Shown here: piece after piece, positions 39,664 through 49,034 of the stretch
Numbering within the stretch: position 1 is the stretch's first letter
How the letters are laid out: each line of letters opens with the position of its first letter
Assembly (NCBI GenBank): GCA_036170915.1
Contig: JAVHQC010000022.1
Location: 96,001 to 160,000, forward strand
Origin: Cyanobacteria bacterium auto_48_18
GTDB lineage: Bacteria > Cyanobacteriota > Vampirovibrionia > Obscuribacterales > Obscuribacteraceae
Direction: 5' to 3'
Length of the DNA stretch: 64,000 nucleotides
Position numbers and translations under genes: made by a program
Notes under the pieces: model-generated
What the model was told of the DNA's origin: nothing
The model's database searches: none
Seen by the model: the letters and a program-made list of their open reading frames with translations, nothing else

Positions 39664-42000
39664 TTATAAATAGGTTGGAATTTCGGCCATGACCATGGCT
39701 ATTTCGCCTCTTAGGCGCCCCAGCAGATTGCCGCATATGGCCGCATCATTACGTTTAGAGGCTTCCTCTAAACTTTCCAACGTTTCAGTTAATTGCCAGG
39801 CACAAACAGTAGCGCAAGCACCTTTTAGTGAGTGGGCCGACGCTTTAAGAGCCGCAAAATTTTGCTGCTCAAGACTACTCTCTATGTCATTAAATTCAGA
39901 CGGCAGTGACTCACAAAACATTTCGAGTATTTTTTTGCGATTTGAGTCGTTAAACCTCTCCATTAATATATGGTGGTTGATAACTTTAACGCCGGATGGT
40001 GCTGTTAGCTCAGGCTCAATCTGGAAGTCAGAAGCGGCAGTCGCATAGGCTCTGGTGGTAATATGATCTTGCGCCACCGTATCTGGTACTGCTTGCATTG
40101 GTGCAACAGTAGTCGGCTTTGGCTCCGTCCACAAACGTATAACTCGCTCTAGTTCGTCGGCTTCTATTGGCTTCGGCATAAATTCGTCCATGCCGGCGGC
40201 CAGGCAGGCTTCGCGATTGCCCTGTAGAACATTGGCTGTCATTGCAATAACAGGAATTTGCGTTTGCCTTAGCTCCTGGAGTTTCTTGATGATGCGCGCC
40301 GCTGCATAGCCGTCTAATTCAGGCATGTGGCAGTCGAGAAAGACAACATCAAACAGGTCTTTTGTAAATGCTTCCACAGCGTCGACGCCGTTTTCTACAA
40401 CTTCTACTTCAATATTCAAATCTTCGAGCAACAACTTTGCCACTTGTTGGTTGAGTTTATTGTCGTCGGCCACCAGCGCTTTTAATTTGGTATGCCGGTC
40501 TGCAGGTGGTGCGTAACTGCGCACGGCCTGACCACCTTCTTTGCTTCGCCCGTCCTTTCCATCGATTACTTCTTTTGCTTCTTTCCAGTCCTTTAATTCT
40601 TGACCGCTCTTTACGTCCTTCTGTTCATTGCCAGTTTTTTGATTGCCACCAAAATTGAGATAGTACTTGAGTACGTTGCGGCGAATGGGCCTGATAATGC
40701 TGGTGGCAGCGCCTTTTGGCAAAAGATCTTCGGTCTCTTTTTTCTTGTCTCTGCTGGTGACCAAGTATAGTTTTTGCTTCTCATTGTTGTAACCAAAAAA
40801 TTGTCTTTCATAAATTTCTAGCGCCAACGAGCTGTTGCGAGCCCCGTCTACAATTACGCTGACAAAACCTTCTTTTCTAGCCTGGGCTATCAGTTGATCA
40901 GCTTCGGCGTGGGTGCTGCAAGCAAATGCCCGGCGTCCTAAAAATTGACAATAACTGACCAGATACTCTCTCAGTTTTTGGTCGCCATCAACAATTATTA
41001 CCGTAGAATTTTGTCCCGGCGGTGTTGATATGGACAAACGGTCTTCAGTCGAGACACTTTGATTTGCTGCTGCGAAGCTAATGGTGAAGCTAAAGGTCGA
41101 ACCGTTATTTATTTCACTGGCGACTTCAATTGTTCCACCCAGAAGTTCAATCAAGCGCTTCGAAATACTGAGCCCGAGACCGGTGCCGCCGTGCCGGCGA
41201 CCAATGGAGCCGTCGATTTGCACAAAAGGTTCAAACAGATTTTCTAGGGAGGCGTTTGCAATACCCATACCTGTGTCAATAATTGAAAATTTGACTTCAA
41301 ACGCGTCTTCGTTCGATTCTTGCAATGTCGCTTCAATGGCAACACTGCCTTTGTCTGTAAATTTGATGCCGTTGCCGCCCAAATTGAGCAGCACCTGGCG
41401 CAGCCTGAGCGGGTCTCCAATCAGCATTGCAGGAATGCGCGGGTCAATGAAAGTAGAGAGCAAAAGTTCTTTACTGTCGGCTTGCGGCGCTAAAATTTCG
41501 CCCACTCCTTCAATTAAACCTGTAAGTTCAAAGTCGCAATTGGTGATTTCGAGTCGTCCCGATTCGATTTTTGAAAAATCAAGAATGTCTGTGAGAATAC
41601 TGAGCAGCGATTTGCCCGCTTCTTTGACCAGTAAAGCGTATTCTCTGGCACTGGGAGTCAATTCAGTACGTAGTAATATCTCGAGCATACCAAGCATGCC
41701 ATTGAGAGGTGTGCGAATTTCGTGGCTCATATTAGCTACAAATTCTGATTTTAATTTTGAAGCAGCTTGAGCCTGGTCACGAGCTTCAATTAGCTCTTCT
41801 ACTAATTTTTTTGAATTGCTGTCACCATCAGAATTAGTGCGAGCATGGTGTTCGTCTTCAGCCACAGTAATCAGCTGTTCAATAATCGATTGCACTTTCG
41901 AGCGAGTTTTTCCGTCGCCAATTTCATTTAGCGTTGTCCAGATTGGTCCGCGTATTAAGCTCTCCAGTTTTTGCGAAAAATCTTCCATACTCACCACCAA
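39664..42000 (-). CDS. Soluble hybrid sensor histidine kinase (HisKA-HATPase-REC-REC-Hpt)
   Basis: SHEIRTPLN, NLGGNGIKFT, DTGMG, GGTGLGL, LDCHMP, AHSLKGA; no TM. Confidence 0.93.
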   Translation of the reverse strand: MVVSMEDFSQKLESLIRGPIWTTLNEIGDGKTRSKVQSIIEQLITVAEDEHHARTNSDGDSNSKKLVEELIEARDQAQAASKLKSEFVANMSHEIRTPLNGMLGMLEILLRTELTPSAREYALLVKEAGKSLLSILTDILDFSKIESGRLEITNCDFELTGLIEGVGEILAPQADSKELLLSTFIDPRIPAMLIGDPLRLRQVLLNLGGNGIKFTDKGSVAIEATLQESNEDAFEVKFSIIDTGMGIANASLENLFEPFVQIDGSIGRRHGGTGLGLSISKRLIELLGGTIEVASEINNGSTFSFTISFAAANQSVSTEDRLSISTPPGQNSTVIIVDGDQKLREYLVSYCQFLGRRAFACSTHAEADQLIAQARKEGFVSVIVDGARNSSLALEIYERQFFGYNNEKQKLYLVTSRDKKKETEDLLPKGAATSIIRPIRRNVLKYYLNFGGNQKTGNEQKDVKSGQELKDWKEAKEVIDGKDGRSKEGGQAVRSYAPPADRHTKLKALVADDNKLNQQVAKLLLEDLNIEVEVVENGVDAVEAFTKDLFDVVFLDCHMPELDGYAAARIIKKLQELRQTQIPVIAMTANVLQGNREACLAAGMDEFMPKPIEADELERVIRLWTEPKPTTVAPMQAVPDTVAQDHITTRAYATAASDFQIEPELTAPSGVKVINHHILMERFNDSNRKKILEMFCESLPSEFNDIESSLEQQNFAALKASAHSLKGACATVCAWQLTETLESLEEASKRNDAAICGNLLGRLRGEIAMVMAEIPTYL

Positions 42001-42010
42001 CGATAGTTGA

Positions 42011-43366
42011 CTAGTCAGAGACTTTAGCAGCGGGGCTTTTGCACAAGGCTTCCCGCATTTCTGCCGCGCTTTGAAAACGCTCGTCAGGATCTTTTCTCAA
42101 CGCTTTGTAAATCACTTCTACAACTTCTTTCGATAAGCTCACGCCAGGTTGGAAAAATGGCAATTGCGACGGGTAGTCATTAACGTGCTGACGCACAAGG
42201 TCATAAAAACTGTCACCTTGAAAGATAGCTTTGCCTGTGAACGACTCGTACATAACGCATCCGAGGGCATAAATGTCACTGCGCGCATCTAAAACTTTAC
42301 CCGTGCACTGCTCGGGGCTCATATAGCGCGGAGTGCCCACCACCTCGCCAGTGTTAGTCAGTTTAAGTTTTTCGCGTTCGAAAGCGGGATTTTTGGCAAT
42401 GCCGAAATCAACGATTTTTACGCCCAGTTGCGGCTCTAGCGATACGAGCACGTTGCTCGGTTTAATATCTCTGTGCACAATGCCCGCTCTATGGACGACA
42501 CTGAGACCGTCAAGCACCTGACTGAACAGAGCGATGCCCATTTCGGCATCGAGGGGGCCGTTTTCTATCAGATAATTTTCCAGGCTCTGGCCTGAATGAA
42601 AATCCATAACCATAAAAGGTTCTTGCCTGGCAGTCACGCCAAAATCAAAAACCGAAACTAAATTGGGGTGCGAGAGCTGGCTTAAAGTTTGCGCCTCGCT
42701 CTGGAAGCGCCCCACCACCTGGTCGTCTGCAGCATACTCAGGATGCAGCATTTTAATGGCCACTGCCCGGTTCATGAGCACGTGCCGCCCGCGATAAACA
42801 ATTCCCATGCCGCCCTGGCCCAGCACTCCTTCAATGGCATAACGATCGCCAATGATTGTTTTCCCACCATCATAATTTTGCAATGTTGAAGGTTTGCCCG
42901 TGGTCGTCTGCTGTGAACTGACAATAGCTGCCTGATTGCGGCTGCTCTGCACGCGCAGAAGACGATTGGCGATGCCGGGGTCTAACCATGTAGCTCCTGA
43001 TGTAACGGCTTTGATGGCGGCATAAAGGTGTTCACCGGCCACGGTTTTTAAACAATAGCCGTCGGCGCCCACCTCGAGAGCTTCTTGAATATGCTCGTCG
43101 TCCACGCTGGCCGTGAACATAATGATGCGCGTGTTCGGTAGCGCTTGTTTAATTTCTTTAGCCGCGCGAATGCCGTCGACTTTAGGCAGACCAATGTCCA
43201 TCAAAATGACATTAGGCTTTACCGCCAGCGCTTGTAAAATGGCGGTGACCCCGTCGCCGCATTCAGCGGTGACCTTCAAATCAGGATAGGCCTCGAGCGC
43301 GCACTTCAAGCCAAAGCGCGTTATTGCCTGGTCCTCAGCTATCAGCACGGTAATCGTTTTGTCCAC
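42011..43366 (-). CDS. Receiver domain - Ser/Thr kinase fusion
   Basis: NarL-like REC (IAED, MDIGLP, GADGYCLK) followed by GQGGMG, HRDIKPSN, DFG, YMSPE. Confidence 0.92.
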   Translation of the reverse strand: MDKTITVLIAEDQAITRFGLKCALEAYPDLKVTAECGDGVTAILQALAVKPNVILMDIGLPKVDGIRAAKEIKQALPNTRIIMFTASVDDEHIQEALEVGADGYCLKTVAGEHLYAAIKAVTSGATWLDPGIANRLLRVQSSRNQAAIVSSQQTTTGKPSTLQNYDGGKTIIGDRYAIEGVLGQGGMGIVYRGRHVLMNRAVAIKMLHPEYAADDQVVGRFQSEAQTLSQLSHPNLVSVFDFGVTARQEPFMVMDFHSGQSLENYLIENGPLDAEMGIALFSQVLDGLSVVHRAGIVHRDIKPSNVLVSLEPQLGVKIVDFGIAKNPAFEREKLKLTNTGEVVGTPRYMSPEQCTGKVLDARSDIYALGCVMYESFTGKAIFQGDSFYDLVRQHVNDYPSQLPFFQPGVSLSKEVVEVIYKALRKDPDERFQSAAEMREALCKSPAAKVSD

Positions 43367-43430
43367 TATTTTGAATACTACTGGTCCAGAGTTTTAAGTA
43401 AGATAAGCTAGTCCTTTATTACTATTCCAC

Positions 43431-44717
43431 GTGCGTTCAATGTCTAATATGCAGTCTTTCAGACAATTGTTGCCGGCTGCAAGCCTTGATGCGGCACAAG
43501 AATGGCGCCTACAAAGCGATCTTCTCAATAATCACCTGGCTTTGCAAGGCAACAATCCCGGCTGGTATTGCCGGTCTTTTAACCCTTATCCATTTGCTGT
43601 AAATGCAGACCACTACAGACTTCAACAGGCTTTGCAGAAGGCTTTGCATAAAGCAATAAAATTGCTTGTACAAAACTATTTTATTGATCGACGATTGCAA
43701 CAATTGATTAATCTGCCCGAGTCAGCCACTGAACTTTTACAGTTAATCGTGGCCAGAGAGCCCGAATATGCCGTGGGCAGCTATCGACCAGATTTTTTGC
43801 ATGCTCTGGACGACAATATCCAGATATGTGAAATTAACGCTCGTTTTCCCGTGAACGGATATTTTATTAGCCATTATTTGCATCAGGCGACTCGCGAACT
43901 TTGTCGCCTAGAAGGCCATGCAGATGGAATTGGCCGAACAATGGATCAAATGCTCAATTGTTTTATAAGTCGCTTTGCCCCCGGCTCTAAAGTCTCTCTA
44001 TGGAAGGGCCGCGAGCGAGGTTGGGATATTCATTTTTTCAATTATGAGCTCAAGCGACTGGGCTATGAAATCGTGCCCGTGGCGGGTGGGCCCAGTGGGT
44101 TGGTATTGGAACTGCACCAGGATGAAATTCTTAGCCCCGTTGCCTGCAGGCGTGTGGCTGAGCTTGTTATGACCATACCGCAGCGCTTCTGGTTAAACGA
44201 TTTGCGCACTATTTTTTTGATTCATGACAAACGATTTCTTGCCCTTTTCCGACGCTTTGACATACTTGCCGATTATCTCGAAGCTGAGCAGATCGAATTG
44301 CTTACGAAGCATGTAGCACCCACGTATGTGCTCTCACAGGCAATGCCACAGGTGGAAGAGGCCCTGGAGGACCCCAAAGCATGGCTGCTCAAGCCAAATT
44401 TGCTGGGTAAGGGTGAAGGAATTTTGTTTGGTGGCAAGGTATCAGCGAAACAATGGCGAGATGCTCTAACCGACCCGGCTCATCAAGATTATGTTTTGCA
44501 AAAATTAGTAGTACAAAAGCGTTTTCCAATTTTGCACCAGCTTTTGCCGCCACACACGCAAGAGAGCGCTCCCGAAAGTATAGAAATGAACGTTGTGGGT
44601 ACATTGCTCTGTCTCGATGACAATTTTTTTGGCCCCGGAATTTATCGTGCATCTTCAGGTGATATCGTTAATGTGTCCGGAGGCGGCACTATTCTTTATC
44701 CTGTTGTTTCCTCATGA
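43431..44717 (+). CDS. Circularly permuted ATP-grasp amide ligase (glutathionylspermidine/glutathione synthase-like)
   Basis: RPDF, CEINARF (ExN), HDKRFL, LLKP..GKGEG, YVLQ, G.GIYR. Confidence 0.75.
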   Translation: MRSMSNMQSFRQLLPAASLDAAQEWRLQSDLLNNHLALQGNNPGWYCRSFNPYPFAVNADHYRLQQALQKALHKAIKLLVQNYFIDRRLQQLINLPESATELLQLIVAREPEYAVGSYRPDFLHALDDNIQICEINARFPVNGYFISHYLHQATRELCRLEGHADGIGRTMDQMLNCFISRFAPGSKVSLWKGRERGWDIHFFNYELKRLGYEIVPVAGGPSGLVLELHQDEILSPVACRRVAELVMTIPQRFWLNDLRTIFLIHDKRFLALFRRFDILADYLEAEQIELLTKHVAPTYVLSQAMPQVEEALEDPKAWLLKPNLLGKGEGILFGGKVSAKQWRDALTDPAHQDYVLQKLVVQKRFPILHQLLPPHTQESAPESIEMNVVGTLLCLDDNFFGPGIYRASSGDIVNVSGGGTILYPVVSS

Positions 44718-44727
44718 GTAATTAATC

Positions 44728-45975
44728 ATGCCCTGCCGTCTCTACAGCAAAGACGAAATTTTTCAACTGGCGAAAGAGCACAGCTTTTATCGCGAGAGGC
44801 TGCTAGGCGTGCAAGATTTTGCCCAAATACCCAGTACTGGTAAGGGCGAACTTTATCATCTGATAGCCGCAGCTCAGGCCGATTCTTCTTTTCAAAAAGG
44901 CATTTACTGGAGCCCCACTGGTGGTAGCACCAATCAACTTTTGTTTTATCCTACCGCCATTGACGAGAATCAATTTCAAAGGCAAAAGCTCTTGCCGTAC
45001 TTGCGCCACACTGAGATATTTTCGCCCAATATGGTGGCGCTAAATTTGTTTGGCAGCACCATGATGTATCGTTCCGCCGAAATTTTCAATTATTTTTGTG
45101 AGCACGCCGGTGCCACCACTTTGCCGGTGTCGTCTCACTGTCCTGATGCAAGCGCGCTAGAAATAGCCTTGAGGTTTGGGGCCAACACGCTTATGGGCAA
45201 CACTTCTAGGCTGTTGCAATTTGCTCGATACGTTGAGTCGGTTAAACAGCATTTTGATGATTATGAAATCATATTTGACCACATAATTTTTGGCGGCGAG
45301 GCTATGCCTGCGCACAAAATGGAATATTTGCGGCAAGTACTGGGCAGCGAAAAATTCAGCGGCATTTTCGGCTCAGCCGAAAGCGGCATCTGGGCATTCA
45401 AACCGAATGCATTGCCTCAAGGTGTTTATTTCTATGCGCGACAATTGATGCATCTAGAAATTGTTGAACCTGATAGTGATGGCTATGGTCGCATGGTTTT
45501 AACCAATCTAGTGCGCGGGCGTAACCCTCTTGTACGTTACGATTGCGGCGACCGCGCCAGGTTTTGCCAGGCTCCAGACACTTGCGGCTTCAGTGAAAAT
45601 GATAGCCTCGGAGCCTTCGAACTGGCCGGGCGAGTGGAAGGCTCGTTTCAGCTGGGTGGCGAATACTATTATTTGAGTGAGTTTACAGATCTGCTAGGAG
45701 AGAACAAAGATTTGCTGCTCGATTATCAAGTAGAATTGACTTGTGACCCTGTGAAAAAGCTTGATCAGGCGCGTTTCTTAGTGGTATCTCAGCCATCCGG
45801 TAAGGGCGAAGGTAAGCGTCAAGCCGACAGGCAGTTGATTAAAAATGCAGTGGAAACCTGGATTCACCCTGACGACAATCTATTTTTATTGTCTGTAGAA
45901 TTTGTGGAGATGGATAAACTGACCCGCAGTTCTACGGCGCAAAAGGTTGTAAGAATCAATGACTTGAGGTCTTGA
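44728..45975 (+). CDS. Phenylacetate-CoA ligase-like adenylate-forming enzyme
   Basis: PTGGST P-loop, GGE, FGSAESG, VLTNL, LVRYDCGD, GR. Confidence 0.8.
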   Translation: MPCRLYSKDEIFQLAKEHSFYRERLLGVQDFAQIPSTGKGELYHLIAAAQADSSFQKGIYWSPTGGSTNQLLFYPTAIDENQFQRQKLLPYLRHTEIFSPNMVALNLFGSTMMYRSAEIFNYFCEHAGATTLPVSSHCPDASALEIALRFGANTLMGNTSRLLQFARYVESVKQHFDDYEIIFDHIIFGGEAMPAHKMEYLRQVLGSEKFSGIFGSAESGIWAFKPNALPQGVYFYARQLMHLEIVEPDSDGYGRMVLTNLVRGRNPLVRYDCGDRARFCQAPDTCGFSENDSLGAFELAGRVEGSFQLGGEYYYLSEFTDLLGENKDLLLDYQVELTCDPVKKLDQARFLVVSQPSGKGEGKRQADRQLIKNAVETWIHPDDNLFLLSVEFVEMDKLTRSSTAQKVVRINDLRS

Positions 45976-46733
45976 GAACAGTGTCGATTGAGATAGTGAA
46001 AGCGCCGGCGGCAAAGTTTAGTCTTGCTCCTGGCCAGGCATTTGATTTAAGTGCCTATGGTGAGGCGCTGTCAGCCTGCGGTTACGCTGAAATTGCCCTT
46101 GCTTTTGCCGACAAGGGTGAGGTTTTGCTCAAACTGGTCAATCAACTGGGTGCCGCTCACAGTCATGACCAGAGCGGTCGCCAGGTTTGGGACGTCAAAT
46201 ATGATTCGACTATCGACCAACAGACTGGCACAAGGTCGCACACGCTGCGTGAATTTAGTATGCATACAGACGCCAGCTTCGAAGTGCCGCCGCCTCAATA
46301 TGTGGCACTATATGTGGTGCAAGAAGACAGGTATGGTGGCGGCATTACCCAGCTGCTAGACAGCAAGAATTTGTGGCCGGCTCTTTCGCTTGAAAGCAAA
46401 GAGATTTTGAGCAACACTTTGTTTACTCTCACCGTGCCTGCCGAATTTCGTCAGTCTGCAAACGAAGAAACCGTCTCTGTGCCGCTGCTTGACGCGTTGG
46501 GCAATTTTCGTTTTCGCCATGAGCTTTTAGTGCTCGAAAAATTGAGCCCCATACAGTTAAAAGCTGTGGCCGAACTGCAGCAGCTGCTGACTAATGAACA
46601 GTGGTATCTATCTTTTAGCTTGCCACGTCACACCATTTTATTGATTGATAACGGACGCATGTTTCACGCGCGCACACGTGTACTAGACAGAGAGCGACAT
46701 TTGTTGCGTATGCGTTTTGACTGCCTGGCGTAA
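45972..46733 (+). CDS. TauD/TfdA (clavaminate synthase-like) Fe(II)/2-oxoglutarate dioxygenase
   Basis: MHTDAS (HxD), GGIT.L, IDNGRMFHAR, RHLLR; 4-bp overlap with the upstream gene. Confidence 0.88.
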   Translation: MRTVSIEIVKAPAAKFSLAPGQAFDLSAYGEALSACGYAEIALAFADKGEVLLKLVNQLGAAHSHDQSGRQVWDVKYDSTIDQQTGTRSHTLREFSMHTDASFEVPPPQYVALYVVQEDRYGGGITQLLDSKNLWPALSLESKEILSNTLFTLTVPAEFRQSANEETVSVPLLDALGNFRFRHELLVLEKLSPIQLKAVAELQQLLTNEQWYLSFSLPRHTILLIDNGRMFHARTRVLDRERHLLRMRFDCLA

Positions 46734-46748
46734 TCAATTATGTTGAAA

Positions 46749-47843
46749 TTAGCTGTGCTCATGACGATGATGTAAATCGGGATAGTGCACATGACTATGC
46801 TCTAGAACTTCGTGGCTATGCTTGTGACTGTGGCTTGCTTCGCCGTCTATATCACCCACAGGCTCGTCTTCTGGCGAGTGGGCATGCCTGTGGTGAATGT
46901 CGTGTATGTGTTCGTGCTCGTGTTCTAAATATTCATGATGATGCCAGTGCTCATGGTGTTCGCTGATGTGCAAATAGACGCCCGCTGCCATTAACACTGC
47001 TGCAATCAGAAGACCTGGACCCACGGGGTCGTGCAATAAGATAATGGACAGCATGGCCCCTATAAAAGGAGCTGTGGCAAAATAAGCGCTGCTGCGGGCA
47101 CTGCCTAAATAGCGCAGAGCCAGCACATAGAGCACAAGGCTTACGCCGTAACCGAGAAAACCTACTGTCATGGCCGCCATAATTACAGGCCAAGCCGGCA
47201 GCGCCTGATGCAAGATCATTGCTAAAGTGAAATTGACGCAACCAGCGGCCAACCCCTTAATCAGAGCAATCTGGCTCGGCTCAAGACCTGCCACCTGCCG
47301 CGTTATATTATTATCTATAGCCCAGCAGAGGCAGGCCAGAGCCACAAAAATGCTGCCGAAGTTAAAAGCAATGCCAGAGGCACCGCTACTATTATTGAAA
47401 GAAAGCATGGCACCACCAGCGGTGATGGCAATGACGCCGAGTATTAGACGGTTATCGAAATTTTCGCGTAGAAAAATCCAGGCAATAACTGCGGTGAATG
47501 CGGTCTCTAAATTAAGTAGCAGTGAGGCACTGGTGCCATTGCACTGTTGCAAACCAGTCATGAGCAGCACTGGCGCCGCGATTCCACCAGTTGCTACTAT
47601 CAAAGCAAGATAAGGCAAGTCACGTTTTTTAATAGCAGCACCGTTGCTTTTATTTTTACTTGCGCCCAGGCGCTTTAGCAAAGCTATAAGACTAAAGCTG
47701 ATGCCACTGCCCAGATAAAAGAGTGCTGCCAGTAAAATGGCGTCTACCTTGCCTGTAAGCAGCTTTGCCAGCGGTGTACTGGCGCCGAAAAGTGCTGCTG
47801 CTGCTCCCGCCAGTAAAACTCCTCTGACTTTATCGGAAAGCAC
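46749..47843 (-). CDS. EamA/DMT transporter with His-rich C-terminal tail
   Basis: About 10 TM; ASLLLNLE, CWAIDNN; tail HEHWHHHE...HYPDLHHRHEHS. Confidence 0.92.
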   Translation of the reverse strand: MLSDKVRGVLLAGAAAALFGASTPLAKLLTGKVDAILLAALFYLGSGISFSLIALLKRLGASKNKSNGAAIKKRDLPYLALIVATGGIAAPVLLMTGLQQCNGTSASLLLNLETAFTAVIAWIFLRENFDNRLILGVIAITAGGAMLSFNNSSGASGIAFNFGSIFVALACLCWAIDNNITRQVAGLEPSQIALIKGLAAGCVNFTLAMILHQALPAWPVIMAAMTVGFLGYGVSLVLYVLALRYLGSARSSAYFATAPFIGAMLSIILLHDPVGPGLLIAAVLMAAGVYLHISEHHEHWHHHEYLEHEHEHIHDIHHRHAHSPEDEPVGDIDGEASHSHKHSHEVLEHSHVHYPDLHHRHEHS

Positions 47844-47867
47844 AATTTTCTCCCCAATAGATTCAGC

Positions 47868-48989
47868 CTAAATGCCGATGCCCTGACCACCAGTGCTGAT
47901 CACGTAAATAAGAAGCACAGTCGCTGCCAGAAGTAATATCGTCGCCACCACAATAGCCACAATTACGACTTTAGGCATACCGGACGATTGCGCATTTTCT
48001 TCTTCAGAGTCGTCATCGTAATCTTGATCGTCTTCATAAAGATCGGCTTTGGGTTTGTGATAAGCGTATGGCACAGCCAGCGGTTTGCCGGCTTTCACTG
48101 CCTGTAAATCTCGGGCCAGTTCAGTCAATGATTGATAACGATCTTCTTTTTCTTTCTCTAAAAGCCTGGCAACAACCACTTCGATTCCTTCAGGAAAATC
48201 TTTGCCTAATGATGCTTCGCGCAATTTCAGCGGAATTTCTTTCTGGTGCTTAACCATGGTAATCAGTGCGCTGTCGCCCATGAATGGCGGCGCACCGGTG
48301 AGCGTTTCATACAGGGCGCAACCGACTGAATAAATGTCAGAACGCGGATCGACTTCAGCGCCGCGGCACTGCTCGGGGCTCATATAAAGAGGGCTGCCGA
48401 AAATTGCACCGGTGTTTGTGGTGGCAGCGCAGTCTTGTCCAGTGGGCGTGGCCAGTTTCGCAATACCAAAATCGAGAATTTTGACAGTTGGTTTAGTGGC
48501 ACCTTTGTCATAGGTCAACATAATATTGGCCGGTTTAATATCGCGATGCACAAAGCCGCGCTCATGAGCGAAATTAAGACCATCGGCAATCTGGCCAAAA
48601 ATTTCCAGCGCCTCATTCAATGATATTGTCGCTTGCCTTTTAAGCAGATCTGCCATCGACTCGCCTTCTAGCAAATCCATGACGTAATAAGGATATTTGC
48701 CATCGGCAATGCCCAGGTCATAAATTTTGACCATGTTTTTGTGCTCAAGTTTGGCCACCGACTTGGCTTCCATTTGAAAGCGCGCCCAGCTCTCTTTGGT
48801 TACTTCGTCTGGTGGAATGGTCTTGAGGGCAAATTCGCGATTAAGAAAGGCGTGATGCACGCGGTAAACGGCGCCCATACCACCATGCCCAATCTGACTG
48901 ATAATGCGATAAGAGCCGGCAAAAGTGTCACCCTCTTTGATTGTAAGGAGGTTACTGCTCTTCGGCCGCTGAAACTTGTGCTCTGGCAT
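47868..48989 (-). CDS. Ser/Thr kinase with C-terminal TM anchor and no ectodomain
   Basis: Complete Hanks motifs, acidic linker, TM, then about 8 residues to the stop. Confidence 0.9.
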   Translation of the reverse strand: MPEHKFQRPKSSNLLTIKEGDTFAGSYRIISQIGHGGMGAVYRVHHAFLNREFALKTIPPDEVTKESWARFQMEAKSVAKLEHKNMVKIYDLGIADGKYPYYVMDLLEGESMADLLKRQATISLNEALEIFGQIADGLNFAHERGFVHRDIKPANIMLTYDKGATKPTVKILDFGIAKLATPTGQDCAATTNTGAIFGSPLYMSPEQCRGAEVDPRSDIYSVGCALYETLTGAPPFMGDSALITMVKHQKEIPLKLREASLGKDFPEGIEVVVARLLEKEKEDRYQSLTELARDLQAVKAGKPLAVPYAYHKPKADLYEDDQDYDDDSEEENAQSSGMPKVVIVAIVVATILLLAATVLLIYVISTGGQGIGI

Positions 48990-49034
48990 TCATTAACTCT
49001 GACAATGACTTTACTATTTTATGCGCTTTTGAAC

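Noticed and set aside
39590..39736. N-terminal extension of the patatin ORF
   Set aside because: Overlaps the His kinase 3' end and would bury the signal peptide
41081..41770. 229-aa antisense ORF, and the many similar shadow ORFs in the track
   Set aside because: They lie opposite or within well-supported genes and show no motifs
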